From assembly GCF_009834535.1 (NCBI RefSeq), contig NC_045697.1, forward strand, positions 17,858,001 to 17,922,000: DNA of 64,000 bases, read 5' to 3'. The position numbers and the translations under genes were made by a program. Positions 39,242-51,412 of this stretch are shown here, piece by piece. The notes beneath the pieces are model-generated. The model ran no database searches and was not told the DNA's origin. It was given only the letters and a program-made list of their open reading frames with translations. The DNA comes from Camelus ferus. Its lineage: Eukaryota. Positions within the stretch are counted from its first letter, which is position 1; each line of letters starts with the position of its first letter.

Positions 39242-41297
39242 TTAGCAAAGACTTTTAAAGAGTTATTATTTTACATGTATTTAAGGTCTTTGAAAAATAC
39301 ATGGTCGCAATTAATTAACAGATGGAAAATCTCAGTGGAGATATAGAAACTCTAAAAAAAGAAACAAATGGAAATTCTAGAACTAAAAAGTAGAATATTT
39401 GAAATAAAAAATTCATGGGGTGGGGCTTAACAGCTAATTTGAAATGGCTGAAGGGTTGGTAAACTTAAAAACAGATTAAGAGAAATTATTCGATCTGAAA
39501 AACAGAGAAAAAACTATTGAAAAAGAAGATCAGAGCCCTTCTGACTTTTAGGATAATAGTAAAGAGTCTTAACATACATGCAATAGGAATCACAGAAAGA
39601 AAGGGAAGAGAGAATGGGGCAGAAAATTTTTTGAAAAAATAATGGCTGAGATTTCACCAAATTTGATGGAATATATGAACTCACAGATTAAGGAACCCAG
39701 CAAAACCCAAGCAGGATATATAAGAAGAAATTCACCTGATGATCGTCATGGTCAAATTATTTTAAAAAGTGAAGATAATGAAAAAACTCTTAAAGGCAGC
39801 TAGAGAAAAATGACATAATACAAATTGGGTGGGTCAGCAGAGGGACATGATTCAGAAACAGTGAAGTCTAGAGGACAATGGAATCATATTTTTAGAGCCG
39901 AACTTGGAGGTGGGGGCAGGGGGCAACATCAATCCAGATTCTGTATCCAGAGAAAATATTCTTTGAAAATGATGGTGAAATAAAGATAATTTCTGATAAA
40001 TGAAAACAGAACTTATCACCAGCAGATATGCATTACAAGGAATGCTTTAAAAAAATTCTTCAAAGGGAAGGGAAATGATAGTTGATGAAAACTCGGATCT
40101 ATGGGAAAGAATAAAGGGCACTGGAAATGGTAAATATGTGGGTAAATAGAAAAGAATACACATTTAAAAAATTCCTTTAAAAGACGTGATTGTTCACGGC
40201 AAACATTATTCACTGTATTTAAACATATATAAGTCTAATATATATATAACAACAAGAACATAAAGGATGGAGGAATAAACAGAAATACACTTTTGCAATG
40301 TTCACTTTACATCAGTTACTACAATATGAGATCCATGTACATTGAGACAATTTAAGGATGCATAGAGTAAGTGCTAGGGTAAGCACTAAAAATTAATGTA
40401 AAGAAGTTTCACAGAAAGTCAATAGAGGAATTAAGATGAAATATAAGGAAATATTGATTAATTCAAAAGGAAAGCAAGAAAAGAGGAACAGAAGAACAAA
40501 AAAGGGATGAAACAAATAGAATACAAATTGCAAACAACAGTAGACCTAAATCCAACTACATTAATCTTATATTTAATGTATAGACTAAAAACTCCAAGAG
40601 GCAGAAATTATCAGACTGGATTTTTCTTTTTTTAAATCAAGAACCAACTACAAGTGTTCTACAAGAGATACAGACATATTAAAGACACAAATAGAATAAA
40701 AAGAAAAGGAAAAAAGATTTATCAGGCAAACAGTAAACATTAAAAAAGGTGGGGTGGTTATATTAATATCAGATAATGTAGAATTCAAGCCAGGAGTATT
40801 AAGACAGATAAGGAGGGAAAGTTTATAAAAGAAAGAAAGAAAGAAAAAAAGGAGAAAGAAAGGGTTAAATCATCAGGAAGACTTGAAAGCCTAACAGAAG
40901 ACATAAAAGTCCTACATATATGCACCTAGTAACACAACTTCAAAATGCATAAAGGCAAAACTCACTAAACTAAAAGAAGAAATAGACAAATCCACAATCA
41001 CTGTAAGTGTAATATTCTCTCTTAGTGAGTAATAGAACTAAATTTAAAAATCCATAAGGATATAGTTGATTAGAATAACACTATCAATACTTAACTGATT
41101 TTTATAGAAATAATTGACAGTTATATAACCACTCATCTGCAGAATACACATTCTTTTAAAAATGCACATGGGATGTTCACTAAGGCAGATAATATGCTGG
41201 ATTATGAAATAAGTCTCAATAAATTCCAAAAGGTTGAAATCATAGTGTCTCTTCTGGACACAACAGAATTAAATTAAAAGTCAGTAATAATATCTAG

Positions 41298-41407
41298 TGA
41301 TCATTTTGCAGTACACATAAATATTAATCACTGTGTTGTGTTGTACTGTGTATGTGTTTACACCTGAAACTAATATAAGGTTTTATGTCAACTATACTGC
41401 AATAAAA
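41298..41407 (+). mobile_element. Short L1 3' end with TSD nested in the old L1
   Basis: tacacctgaaactaatataaggttttatgtcaactatactgcaataaaaa. Flanks AATAATATCTAG (41286-41297) and AATAATATATAG (41408-41419). Confidence 0.7.
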
Positions 41408-42297
41408 AATAATATATAGAAAAACCCCTGAATTTTTGGAAATTAAAAAACACTTCAAATAAGTGAGTCAAATTAAGAAATCATAAGGGAAACTTAAAAG
41501 TATTTTGAACTGAATGAAAATGAAAGCACAACGTATCAAAAATTGTGGAATGCAGATAAAGCAGGGCTTAGAGGGAAATGCATAGCTTTAAATGCTTATA
41601 TTAAAAAAAAAATAGAAAAGACCAGAATCAATAATGTAATCTTCTGCTCCAAGTAACTAGAAAAGAAGACGAAATCAAATCTCAAATAAGTAGGAAGAAG
41701 GAAATAATAAAGAGCAAAAGTCAATTAAGTAGAGAACAGATAATCAATGGAATCATAAGATGGCTTTTTGAAAAAATTAAAAATTTGAGTAAACTTCTAG
41801 CTAGATTAGTCAGAAGAAGAGAAAGAAAATGCAAACTCCCAGTATCAGGAATGTCTGAAAAATGACAAGGTCCTGGCCCTCATGAACTTCTGACAGGGAA
41901 ACGAATGTTAAACAGTCATACAAGAAAATATATAGGCATAGGTTGTGGTAAACTAGGAGACAATTCTGCAGGGAGGGAGGGGCCGACCTGGGTTGGAGAG
42001 GGACACCTCTGCAGAGGTAAGTTAACTTCTCCCACCCTAGCGCTCCGCGAGGAGTAACAGCACCCTCGCGTCTTCCAGGTCCCCTGGAAGGCAGGTGCGC
42101 CCCCGCCCTGCGCGCCGCGTCCCCCGCTCCCACCCCGCCCCCGCCCCCGCCGCCCCTGCCCTTCCGCGCAGGCGCGGGGTTGGCGCGAGGTGGGGCGCGG
42201 CTGGCGGCCGGGCCGGGTAACCGCCCCGCGGGCGCCAAGCGGGACAGCGCGCAAGTGAGGGGCCTTCGCTCGGACCCAGCGGCTCCGGTCCTCCGTG

Positions 42298-42333
42298 ATG
42301 CCGAGGCCAGACCCGTACGCCCGGCTTCTCTGA
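42298..42333 (+). promoter_or_regulatory. Putative uORF (MPRPDPYARLL*) in the probable 5' UTR
   Basis: ATG at 42298 (gtgATGc) to TGA at 42331-42333, ending 34 nt before the main ATG. Only relevant if the TSS lies upstream of 42298. Confidence 0.45.
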
Positions 42334-42367
42334 GCGGGTCTCGTCCCGGAGGGCACCGAGGGAGGCC

Positions 42368-42675
42368 ATGGCGGAGCCCTTGGAGCCCGGGAGGCAGGCA
42401 TCCGCGGGCGGCGGGAGCCTGGAGGAGGAGGACGACGAGGAGCGGGAGCCGCTGCTGCCGCGGATCGCCTGGGCCGAGCCGCGGAAGAGCGCGCCGGGGA
42501 GTGCCGTGAGGCAGGTGAAGGCTGCCGGGGACGAGGGCGCGGCCTCCCGTGGCCAGGCCAGCGACGAGGAACTGCTGCTCCGGCCTGGGGATGCGTCTCC
42601 CTCCCCTTCCCTGGGTTTGGGGCGCCTCCGGAGCTCGCCCACCGATCCTGGATCGGAACCGCCCCGTGGGTTCAG
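42368..42675 (+). CDS. PI4K2B: PI4K2B coding exon 1 (acidic N-terminus with EREPLL dileucine motif); apparent 1-nt frame discrepancy near 42644-42648
   Basis: GCCATGG Kozak start at 42368. Translation MAEPLEPGRQASAGGGSLEEEDDEEREPLLPRIAWAEPRKSAPGSAVR matches the recalled mammalian PI4K2B N-terminus. Donor CAG|GTGCG after 42675. The conserved LDRNRPVGS end of the exon lies in the +1 frame. Confidence 0.88.
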
Positions 42676-45600
42676 GTGCGACCCGGCTCATCCCTTTTTC
42701 CGCGCCTTTCCTGAGCGCCTGTCGCCGCCGCCGCTCAGCCCCCCATTCACGCGCCTTCTCGCGTCCCTGCCCCCTGCTCCATTCTCCGTCTCCGCTAGCC
42801 CTTGCCTGCTGGCAAAGGCTGTCCGCCAGGTATCCCGGCCGGCGCACAGGCCAGGGGCCAGCCCCTGCTCACACCTTGGAAGCCTAGCCTTCCTCTTCTG
42901 CTCCCGGGTTTACTCGCATCTTTTCCGGGGGCTACATGCCACTTCACCCAAGGCCCAGGGTTGTCATTAAACTCTGATCCTTGAGGCCTCCCCTAAAAGC
43001 GAGCCTAAACTTTTGGGATCAGACAGGAAACTTAACACTAAAATAACGTAAGTTGTTTGCTCAAGTTTGGACTTGAGTTTTGGATTAAGAACACTGAACT
43101 ATCAAGAAAGTTCCCCGAGAGTTTGCAAGGTGGATGCCATGCTGAGAGAGGGAAAGCAAGAATATCCGGTTGCCACTGGGACACGTTTCAAAAACTTTTA
43201 AAATAAAATGTTGTAGTGACGTTAGCCAGAGCGGGCAGAGGCAGTTAAATTTCCGTACCTGCCCTCTCTCTTGCAAAGTTTTCTTTCTTGAGTCATTTAT
43301 ACTTTTATACTTTACAAAGGAAAAACCTTTTCACTGTTGAGCAGACTGACAATATCAGGTGAAAAAGAGGATATTTGAAATGATGTTGAGAGTAAAATTT
43401 AGGCATTTGACTGCAGGCATGGATATTTGTTGATAAATCCAGTTTATTTGGCATAGTGGAGTCCAATTAGGCTAATTTGATAGTAAAATAGAATAGCGTT
43501 GTAAGAGTCCTAGGTAGAGATGAAACAGGCTAGATGTAAAATGGTCGTAACACCTTCTTGCTGGTGGTAAGGGTGGTTTAAATGAGGTGATGCGTGCACT
43601 GTGCCTGGAACATCAGTCCATGCATGACAGCGTAAAGACAAGGCACAGAAAATGTAGTTTCCATTAATGCTGCTTAGTTTTTCTGGAGTCCTTAGATTTT
43701 ACATGTTCTGCTACTAGTACGCTAATAGGCCTTCTACAATTTAAAGAACTTTGGGTAGAATAAGTTATTCTAGTTGTAGTTGGACTTACAGTCAAACATT
43801 CTAGAGTGAATAAACCAGAGAGGCCCGCAGGAAGTGGACTTTAATGAATAAAGCTTTAGCAAATTGGTCTGACATACAGGTTGGCTAGCTACCATTATAA
43901 TGTTAGCTTTTGGATGCATAGACAGTACAACATTTAACATGAAGATGGAACCAGATCACAAACAGATCCACAGTCACCTAGCTACATCGATAATCTGGGT
44001 TTGTATTACCTAGAATTCTGGTTTGTGAAGTAACTAAGATCCTAGCTTGCCCTTTGCTACTCCAAATTTACCTATGTAGCTAGATTTTAAAAGAGTCTAA
44101 AACCTTGAAATTGCATTTATTCTATGAAAGTTGGGTTTTGTAGACAAATGATATTAAGGCTAGAAAAGGTAAAAGGGGGGGTAGAATATAATATTCAGAA
44201 TACAAAATGGATTTTATTAGAATTCCAGCCTTTTAAAATTGTGATAACTTATTTATATCAGACTTTACAGTTTGCTAAGATCTTTTTTCATATATTTCAT
44301 TAATTCTCACAACAGCACAGCAAGTTAGCTGTTATTCACCCTTATGCTGGGTATGAGGATTAAAACTGACTTAAAACTGTAATGAGTAGTAGCTGATAAA
44401 CTTAAGAGGTAAACCGAAGTCAAGATCCAGGAAGTGGTAAAGCCGGGACTGAGCTTTGTTCTTTCACGTCCTGCATTTTTTCCATTTTGCTGTAGATCTG
44501 CAAGTGTTTCAGAATTAACTTCTGTTTACTTATTATGGAGGCTTTATTTTTAATGGATTTAAAAATAGTTTTGAATTGTAAAACTATTTTTAAAATTTCA
44601 AACCATTCTCCTAAAATTTCATGATTTTTTTAACCTGATAATTAAGTTTAATTATTTTTTAATGAGTCCATTAACTTCCTTTGTCCTTTACCACCAATTT
44701 CTATGAAGCCAACTTCTCTAGTTCCAAGAAATTCTTACCTTTCGATTAATACTAACATCATTTACGATGCTTAACTATTTTGTTTATGTGAACAGGAGCT
44801 ATATGTACTTTAGCCAGTGGAAGAATGTCATGTCTGTTATCTTTACTTGAACAAAGCATGTGACAAAGTCTAGAACCAGCATAAACCATAGTATTGTTAG
44901 ATCAGTGTCAAAGTAGAAGGATTAGTGGCATTTCTAGATCTAGCTGTCATTTTAATCAGTGAGTTGGAGGGTAGTGAAGTTGATAATAGTTAATACCCAC
45001 AAAACAGTACCTGCAGGGCATAGTTCTGTGCATTTCACATGTATTAATTTATAACCAACTCCATGAAGTGAGCACTGTTTTTTATTCTCACTTTAACGAA
45101 GTGCAGAGAGGTGAAGTGACTTCTTCAAGGTCCCAGTTAATACAAACCAGAAGCACTTACCAATTTTGTTGGAGAACCTGACAATTAGAGAATGGCATTA
45201 GAATTCACAAAGAGCTACCAAAGTAAAAGAAAGTGTGTATTTATTGATTCATGGTGGCTTAAAAATGTACAAACAAAATAAAATCATTTAAAAGTAAGGA
45301 AGAAAGATGAGAGTGGGAAATTAGGATAATGGAATAAATGAGATGGAGGCCAGAATAAGAGTGCACAAAATGTTCATCACACACTTGGTATAGGCAGCCC
45401 ACAAATTTGACTTTTAAGATTACTGAGCAGCCTACTTGAGAGAAACACAGTCACTGTGTTCCTAAAGTTAAAACAGACTGATTATTTGAACAAAAACAAA
45501 ACTGAGATTAACCTGTTGTGTATCCTTTTGGAGAAGAGACTGTATGCTAGGTAATATATTTGTAATACAAGTGATGAATTTCATAGGAGTTTTTCTTAAA

Positions 45601-47479
45601 ACTTCCCTGAAGTTCATTTCAGTAGAAGTAATTCTAGTGGGTGGTGCTGTCAGTATTGCTGGGTCTAGATTCAATATGCTGATAACCTGGCTAAATTTAG
45701 AGGGAGGTACTAGACAAGTAGATACCCCATGGATCTTGACAGTCCTCCATAGCTGAGCTTTTGAGAGGTAGTGAGCAGCAGTGTGATGGAGATTATTCCT
45801 CAAGCAGTAATTAGGACACACGTATTCTTTGTTTTCCATCTGCTGCAGAGACCCATCATTCAGCAGATGTTTCAGTGCCTACTTGGTGCTAGTGGAAATC
45901 GAGGCCATGGGGAAACTGGTGGCCAGATGTCAAATGGTTGTCCAGTCACCAGCCTTGTCCCCACGTAACATTGTAACCAAACAGTTCTAATAGAGGATAT
46001 ATATGCTTGGATGGGGAAAGCTGAAGGTTCCGTTGAGCTGTGCTGTGGACCTGGGGGCCAGGGAAGATTTAGCAGAGGAAGTATCCAATTTGAGACTTGG
46101 AAATGAATAGCACTGGAAACCCTGAGGCAGGGGTTAAGATCACCAGACTTGTGAGCCAGCTACTTTTCTTTTTAGAAAATATTTTGGCCAGTGGGTAAGA
46201 TTTATTCATTTCGATTTATTTATTTGAAATGAGAACTTGATAAGTTACCATGCAACTTTATAAAATTAAATATAAAAGGTTATAAGTGGGTTCTCAATCC
46301 ATTTTTAGTTTCTACTTACCAAAGGATCAGTAATAATCCTTAAGTGTGGTTAAAATTTTGTTAATAAGTAATTCTCAAATTTATTGAGGGCCTACCATGT
46401 GCCAGGTACAGTTTTAAGCACTTGGCATATATCACGGGACAAAACAAAGATCTCTGCCCTCCTGGTACTTAGATCATTCTGTTATAGCATTGCAAGTGTT
46501 CAGATGGAGTTGAAGGATGGATAAGACTCAGCCATAGGAAGGAAACTTGGCATATATATCAGAACAGCATGGGCAAAGTTTCAGAGGGTGGACTGGATGT
46601 CTTGTGAAAAGAGAGGAGCTTGAATAGAACTGGAACTTGACTAGAAGGCCACTGCTGCTTCTGAGAGGAGTCCCAAAGGATATTTACAGAGGTAGAACTG
46701 AGATTCTCCTTAGAAAATTTGAATATTTTTTGATACAGAGTCAAATCAAAATCTCATAGTTTATTTCTTAAAAGGGGTGAAATTAATTTTAACTGAAAAA
46801 ATGTTAAAGAAAATACAGGTAATTAAGTCCCTCAGCTATTAAAAACCAAACCAATGACAACAAACCTTCAAACCAGATCGCTACAGCACTTGTGTCCTGA
46901 AGTGGCATAACTTTAGTATGTGTTCTCCAAATTTAAACTCATTGCTGAATGTACATTTAAGTGACTAAAACAAAGAAATCTGTAGAATGTATTTGTGAGT
47001 TAAAAGTCAGAAAGAAGAATCATCTACTGAAAAATAATTACTTGGATTTTAGAATAGTTGTATATAGTTTTGTTTTGTCTTCTGGCTGTAATTAGATAGA
47101 AACAGTTGTCCTTTAAGTGCCTTTCTGGATTGTGATGGTAAATCCAGGCTATCTTCAGAGAATGCCAGTTTTCATTTATCCAAAAGAGTTGCTCAATAAG
47201 GGACCAGGTAAAGAAAAAGGGATTGAGAACATCCTGACTGATTTTGTAGGAATGGTCCTGATCTGATTTTGGTTGAAGCTGAATTATTAAGTATTCAGAG
47301 TATGATCCTGGGCTCCAGGAGAGTAACAAAGGCAGGTTCTCTGATGAACTCATAAAGCTTAACCCATAAAGCAATTTGATAACATCTGATACTAACGTCA
47401 AAGTCTGCACGTAGTTTCCAAAAGAACTGCCCAAGTGCATGTTGGGAGAGGCCAAGAGTGGTCCAAGAGTTTAGCCATT

Positions 47480-48095
47480 TCAGTATAAGTTAGTAGTATG
47501 CCAGGACTCCTAAACGACAAGTGTAATGCTAGAGTGCTCTTTTTTTCGTATAGTGTCAGGACTGAGAGATGTCTCTATTCTCTGCAATGGGTTGCTTGAT
47601 TCTGGAGACTGTATTTTAAGGAAGCACATTGAAAAGCTGAGGCATGAAACAGGAGGGCAACTTGGATGCTGAAAAGCCTGAAAATACTTCCATATGGAAG
47701 GAGGCAGAGAATAGAGGAGACTTAGGGAACCATGAAATGATCTTCAGCTATTTGAAGGGCTATCCCTGGGAAGAGAGGAGTAAGTACTTTTGTTTTACTC
47801 CAGATGGCAGGTCTAGGGCATTGGTTTAAACTGCAGGAGAACCAATTTCTGAAGAAGAAACAAGTTTATATTTGTTTTCAAACAAGTGAAACATTAAAAA
47901 AGTGATCAACACAACATTGTAAAATGACTATAACTCAATAAAAAAATGTTAAAAAAAAAAAAAAAAGGAGTGATCTCTCTTTGAAAATGTTTAAACATTG
48001 GCCCAAAGACCACCTGCTGATGGTGAATTATAGAAAGTGTACCAGAACTGGGAGCAAAGTTGAAATAAATAACTTTTCAGATTCTTCCTTGGCGT
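47480..48095 (+). mobile_element. L3/CR1 fragment in intron 1
   Basis: tcttcagctatttgaagggctatccctgggaagagaggagtaagtacttttg... resembles the CR1/L3 3' coding end. Confidence 0.6.
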
Positions 48096-48589
48096 TAAGA
48101 GCCCTGACCTAGAAGAACTATCACTTGACTAATGATGATGATTATTGGCACAACTTGGCACGTAAATAATACTATATTTATTCATTTAAATGTTTGCTAA
48201 GAACCTGCCAAATGCTGAGCCCTCTTCCAGGTGCTAGGGATACACAGTGAACAAGAAAGACAGAGTTTCTCCCTTCATTCTTATGAATTTCCATGGAATA
48301 GATAATAATGATTTGGAATAAGCGTATCAGTTGTATAGACATAGTTATTTATTCTTTTAAGTATGCCCAAGGGCCTTTTTTCTAGTATTTTTCTCACCAC
48401 AAAATTTTAAAAGTTAGTAGATAGTAGTCTTAATTTATGTCTGAATTAAAGCAAATTTTAAATTAAGGAAAGGTTATAGTTTGAATTTTCAAAAGATTGA
48501 ATACATGTAATAGCATTTAAATGCCTTTCAAAGTAAAATGTGAATAACTTTTGGCTTGTCTACCACTTTTTTCCTACCACTTTAAATGA

Positions 48590-50560
48590 TCAGTTATTAA
48601 TTCCACAAATGTTTATTGAGTGCCTCTTATGTTCCAGGAATTGTAAAAGTTCTGGTCATATACCAGTGAAAGAAATCCATATCTTCTTGGAGCTGAGAAA
48701 ATAAATAAGTTATTTAATATGTTAGGTGATAAGTGCTAACCAGAAAAATAAAATGCAGGCTAGGGAAGATTGGGTAGGGTCTTGGGGGCCAGTATAAGGA
48801 CTTGGACTTTTTTTTCTGAGTGAGGTGGAAAAACACTGGGCTGTTTTGTACAAAAGAGTGACATGATCTGACTTACATTTGAATAGGATGACTATAGCTT
48901 CTCTGTTGAGTATGGGGAGGGCATGGCTGAGTATAGGGAGGAGACCAGTTAGGAGACTTTGGCAACAATCTAGGCTAGAGTTGATAGTGACTTTAATCAC
49001 ACAGAAGGAATGGAGATGGCAAGAGGTGGTTAGATTTAGGATATCTATTTAAAGTAGAGCCACACAACTTACTGATGGATTGGATGTGGGAGAAGAGAGT
49101 GAGATCATGGATGATTCCAAGGTTTTTGGCAAGAGCAACTGGAGATTTGGAGTTGCCAGTAACTGAAATAGGGATACTGGGAGTGAAGCAGTCAAGAGGA
49201 AATGCGGACTGGAGTTTGGGGTAGTAAAGTTTGAGTTGTCTACTAAAACATCCAAGTTGAGATGCTGAGTACAGTAGTCAGGGGTTCAGGGCAGAAATCC
49301 AGGCTTGAGGTACAAATCTGGGAGTCGTCAGTGCTTATAAGGGAGGGAAGAGGACCATGAACAGAGCCTGGGGCATTCCAAAGTTTAGACAGTCAGGGAG
49401 ATGAAAATGAGTCAGCAAGAGATTGAAAAAGAGGAGCCAATGAAATGGGAAGACAACCTGGAGAAGTGACATCTTGAAAGCCAAGTGAAGAAAATATTTT
49501 CAGGAGGAGGGAGTAACCAACAGAATGAAATGGTGGTGTTGGTCAAGGAGGATAAGGTCTGAGGTTGAATTTAGCAAAGTGGAGGTCACTATGTACTCTG
49601 ACAAAAATTAAATCAGTGGAGTGATCAGGTCAGAGGCTAGATTGAAATGGGTTCAAAAGAAAGTGGGAGAAGGAAAATTGGAGATGGTAAATGTAATTAT
49701 AGAGCTCTTCTGTTATAAAAGGGAACAAAGAAATGAGGGAGTGTCTAGGGGAACTTTGGGGGCTAAAAGAGATTTGTTTTAAAATGAGAAAAATTACAGC
49801 ATGCTTTATGTGGTAATGGAAATGTTCCAGCAGAGAGGGAAATAGTGATGCAGGAAAGAATTGCTGAAGAAATGTCCTGGAGTAGTCAGGAAGAAGACAG
49901 TTTGCTGTATACCAGCAAAGTGGAGTTGATCTCAGAGCTTGGCAGAAGGCAGAGGATGTGGAAGGGCGGTTACGGTGCTGTGCGCTGATGGTAGTTTTTT
50001 CTGATTGCTTCTCTTTTCTTCTTGAAATAGGAAGCTGGATCATCTGCTGAGAGGGAAGAAAGGTTAGGAATTTGAGGAGAAGAGAGGGTATGGGATAGTT
50101 CTCTGGAAGAGTGGGAATATCTATTTATCAGTCTATTTATAACTCAGGCTGCTTTAACAAAATACCCTAGCCTGGGTAGCTGAAACAACTGACATTTATT
50201 TCTCACTGTTCTGGAAGCTGAGGAGTCCAAGATCAGGGCACCAGGGTGACCACGTTCTTGGGAAGGGCTCTCTTCTTGGCTTGCAGTTGGCAGCCTTCTC
50301 ATTGTTTACTCACTTGGCAGAGGGAGAGAGAGAGAGAATGCTCTAATCCCATCATGAGGTCCCCACCCTCTTGGCCTCATCTAAACTTAATTACTTCCCA
50401 AAGAATCCATCTCCTTGTATGATCACATTGGGGGGTTAAGGCTTCGGTGTATTTTGGAGAGTCATAAACAGTCTCTAACAGGAATGTGGTATGTTTCCTG
50501 GGCAACATGAGGGGCCACCTGAAGTTTGTGGTGATGAACTGAAAGGGAGACACGAGGCAT

Positions 50561-50602
<42 letters not shown>

Positions 50603-50990
50603 TTTGTCTAGTCAGGTTCAGCTCTCTGGGCACAGGCAGAGTCAGCAGACGGTTGGTTTTTACCAGGATTGGGGCTTTTCCAGGTGACCATGATGCAGGG
50701 TGGTGAGGGGAGAGAGTGACTGTATGATGATTAACCATAATGTAAGCTGGCCAAGGAGGGAAGTAGGGACACAAAGTAGGTGAAGACCCTGATGGCATAT
50801 GGTAGATCAGTGCTATGGGTGCTAGTGGGATGGAAGAGTTTTTGGACTCTGAGTGTGAGAGGGAATGAAGTAGGAAAATAGAAGGTGCTTGAAATGGAAA
50901 GTATGGAGAAGTTGCAGGTGTTGGGAATGACAGGTCTGAAGAAGGACTACAGACAGAGGCTGAGGCAGGATGAAGAACACAGTCACTGGG
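48590..50990 (-). mobile_element. Long L2 fragment in intron 1, interrupted by an MLT1A-like LTR (about 50130-50480)
   Basis: Starts caaatgtttattgagtgcct, then a long purine-rich antisense L2 (gagtgacatgatctgactta, gatgattccaaggtttttggc). MLT1A motif caggctgctttaacaaaatacc. Confidence 0.75.
50563..50598. repeat. (TG)18 microsatellite
   Basis: Uninterrupted TG run. Confidence 0.95.
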
Positions 50991-51142
50991 AGGGTATTAG
51001 TGTGATTATTTCAACCGAGATCTTCTTTCCCAAGTGGCATTATTTGAAGCTTGAAGTGGGGTTAGAGAAAAAAAAAGGAGCATCAAACCAGCCCATAACA
51101 ATACATTTTCTGTACCTAAATGTCTTAATGCTAATAACCTAA

Positions 51143-51412
<270 letters not shown>

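Larger units (their letters stand above)
38430..41865 (+). mobile_element. Old L1M (5' UTR, decayed ORF1, ORF2 endonuclease region)
   Basis: About 3.4 kb of A-rich L1 sense sequence, e.g. aaacaaatggaaattctagaactaaaaag, gaagaaatagacaaatccacaat and agggaaatgcatagctttaaatgcttatatt. Confidence 0.85.
42040..42860 (+). promoter_or_regulatory. CpG island / TATA-less promoter of PI4K2B
   Basis: Abrupt switch to very GC- and CpG-rich sequence around exon 1. Clustered CCCCGCCC GC boxes at about 42100-42155. NRF1-like CGCGCAGGCGCG at 42165-42176. Confidence 0.9.

Noticed and set aside
461..41229. Numerous 60-126 aa ORFs in the upstream region
   Set aside because: Most fall within recognisable repeats or have random composition. 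None resembles a known protein or has convincing splice-flanked structure.
41810..42847. 345-aa minus-strand ORF and other long overlapping ORFs across the CpG island
   Set aside because: Stop codons are rare in GC-rich DNA. The products are low-complexity R/G/A/P sequence, antisense to real exon 1, and run into L2/L1 sequence.
42676..42970. C-terminal half of the 200-aa ORF starting at 42368
   Set aside because: Read-through past the exon 1 donor into intron 1, with no similarity to PI4K2B.
45468..45968. Cluster of overlapping ORFs in intron 1
   Set aside because: No recognisable homology and no consistent exon boundaries.
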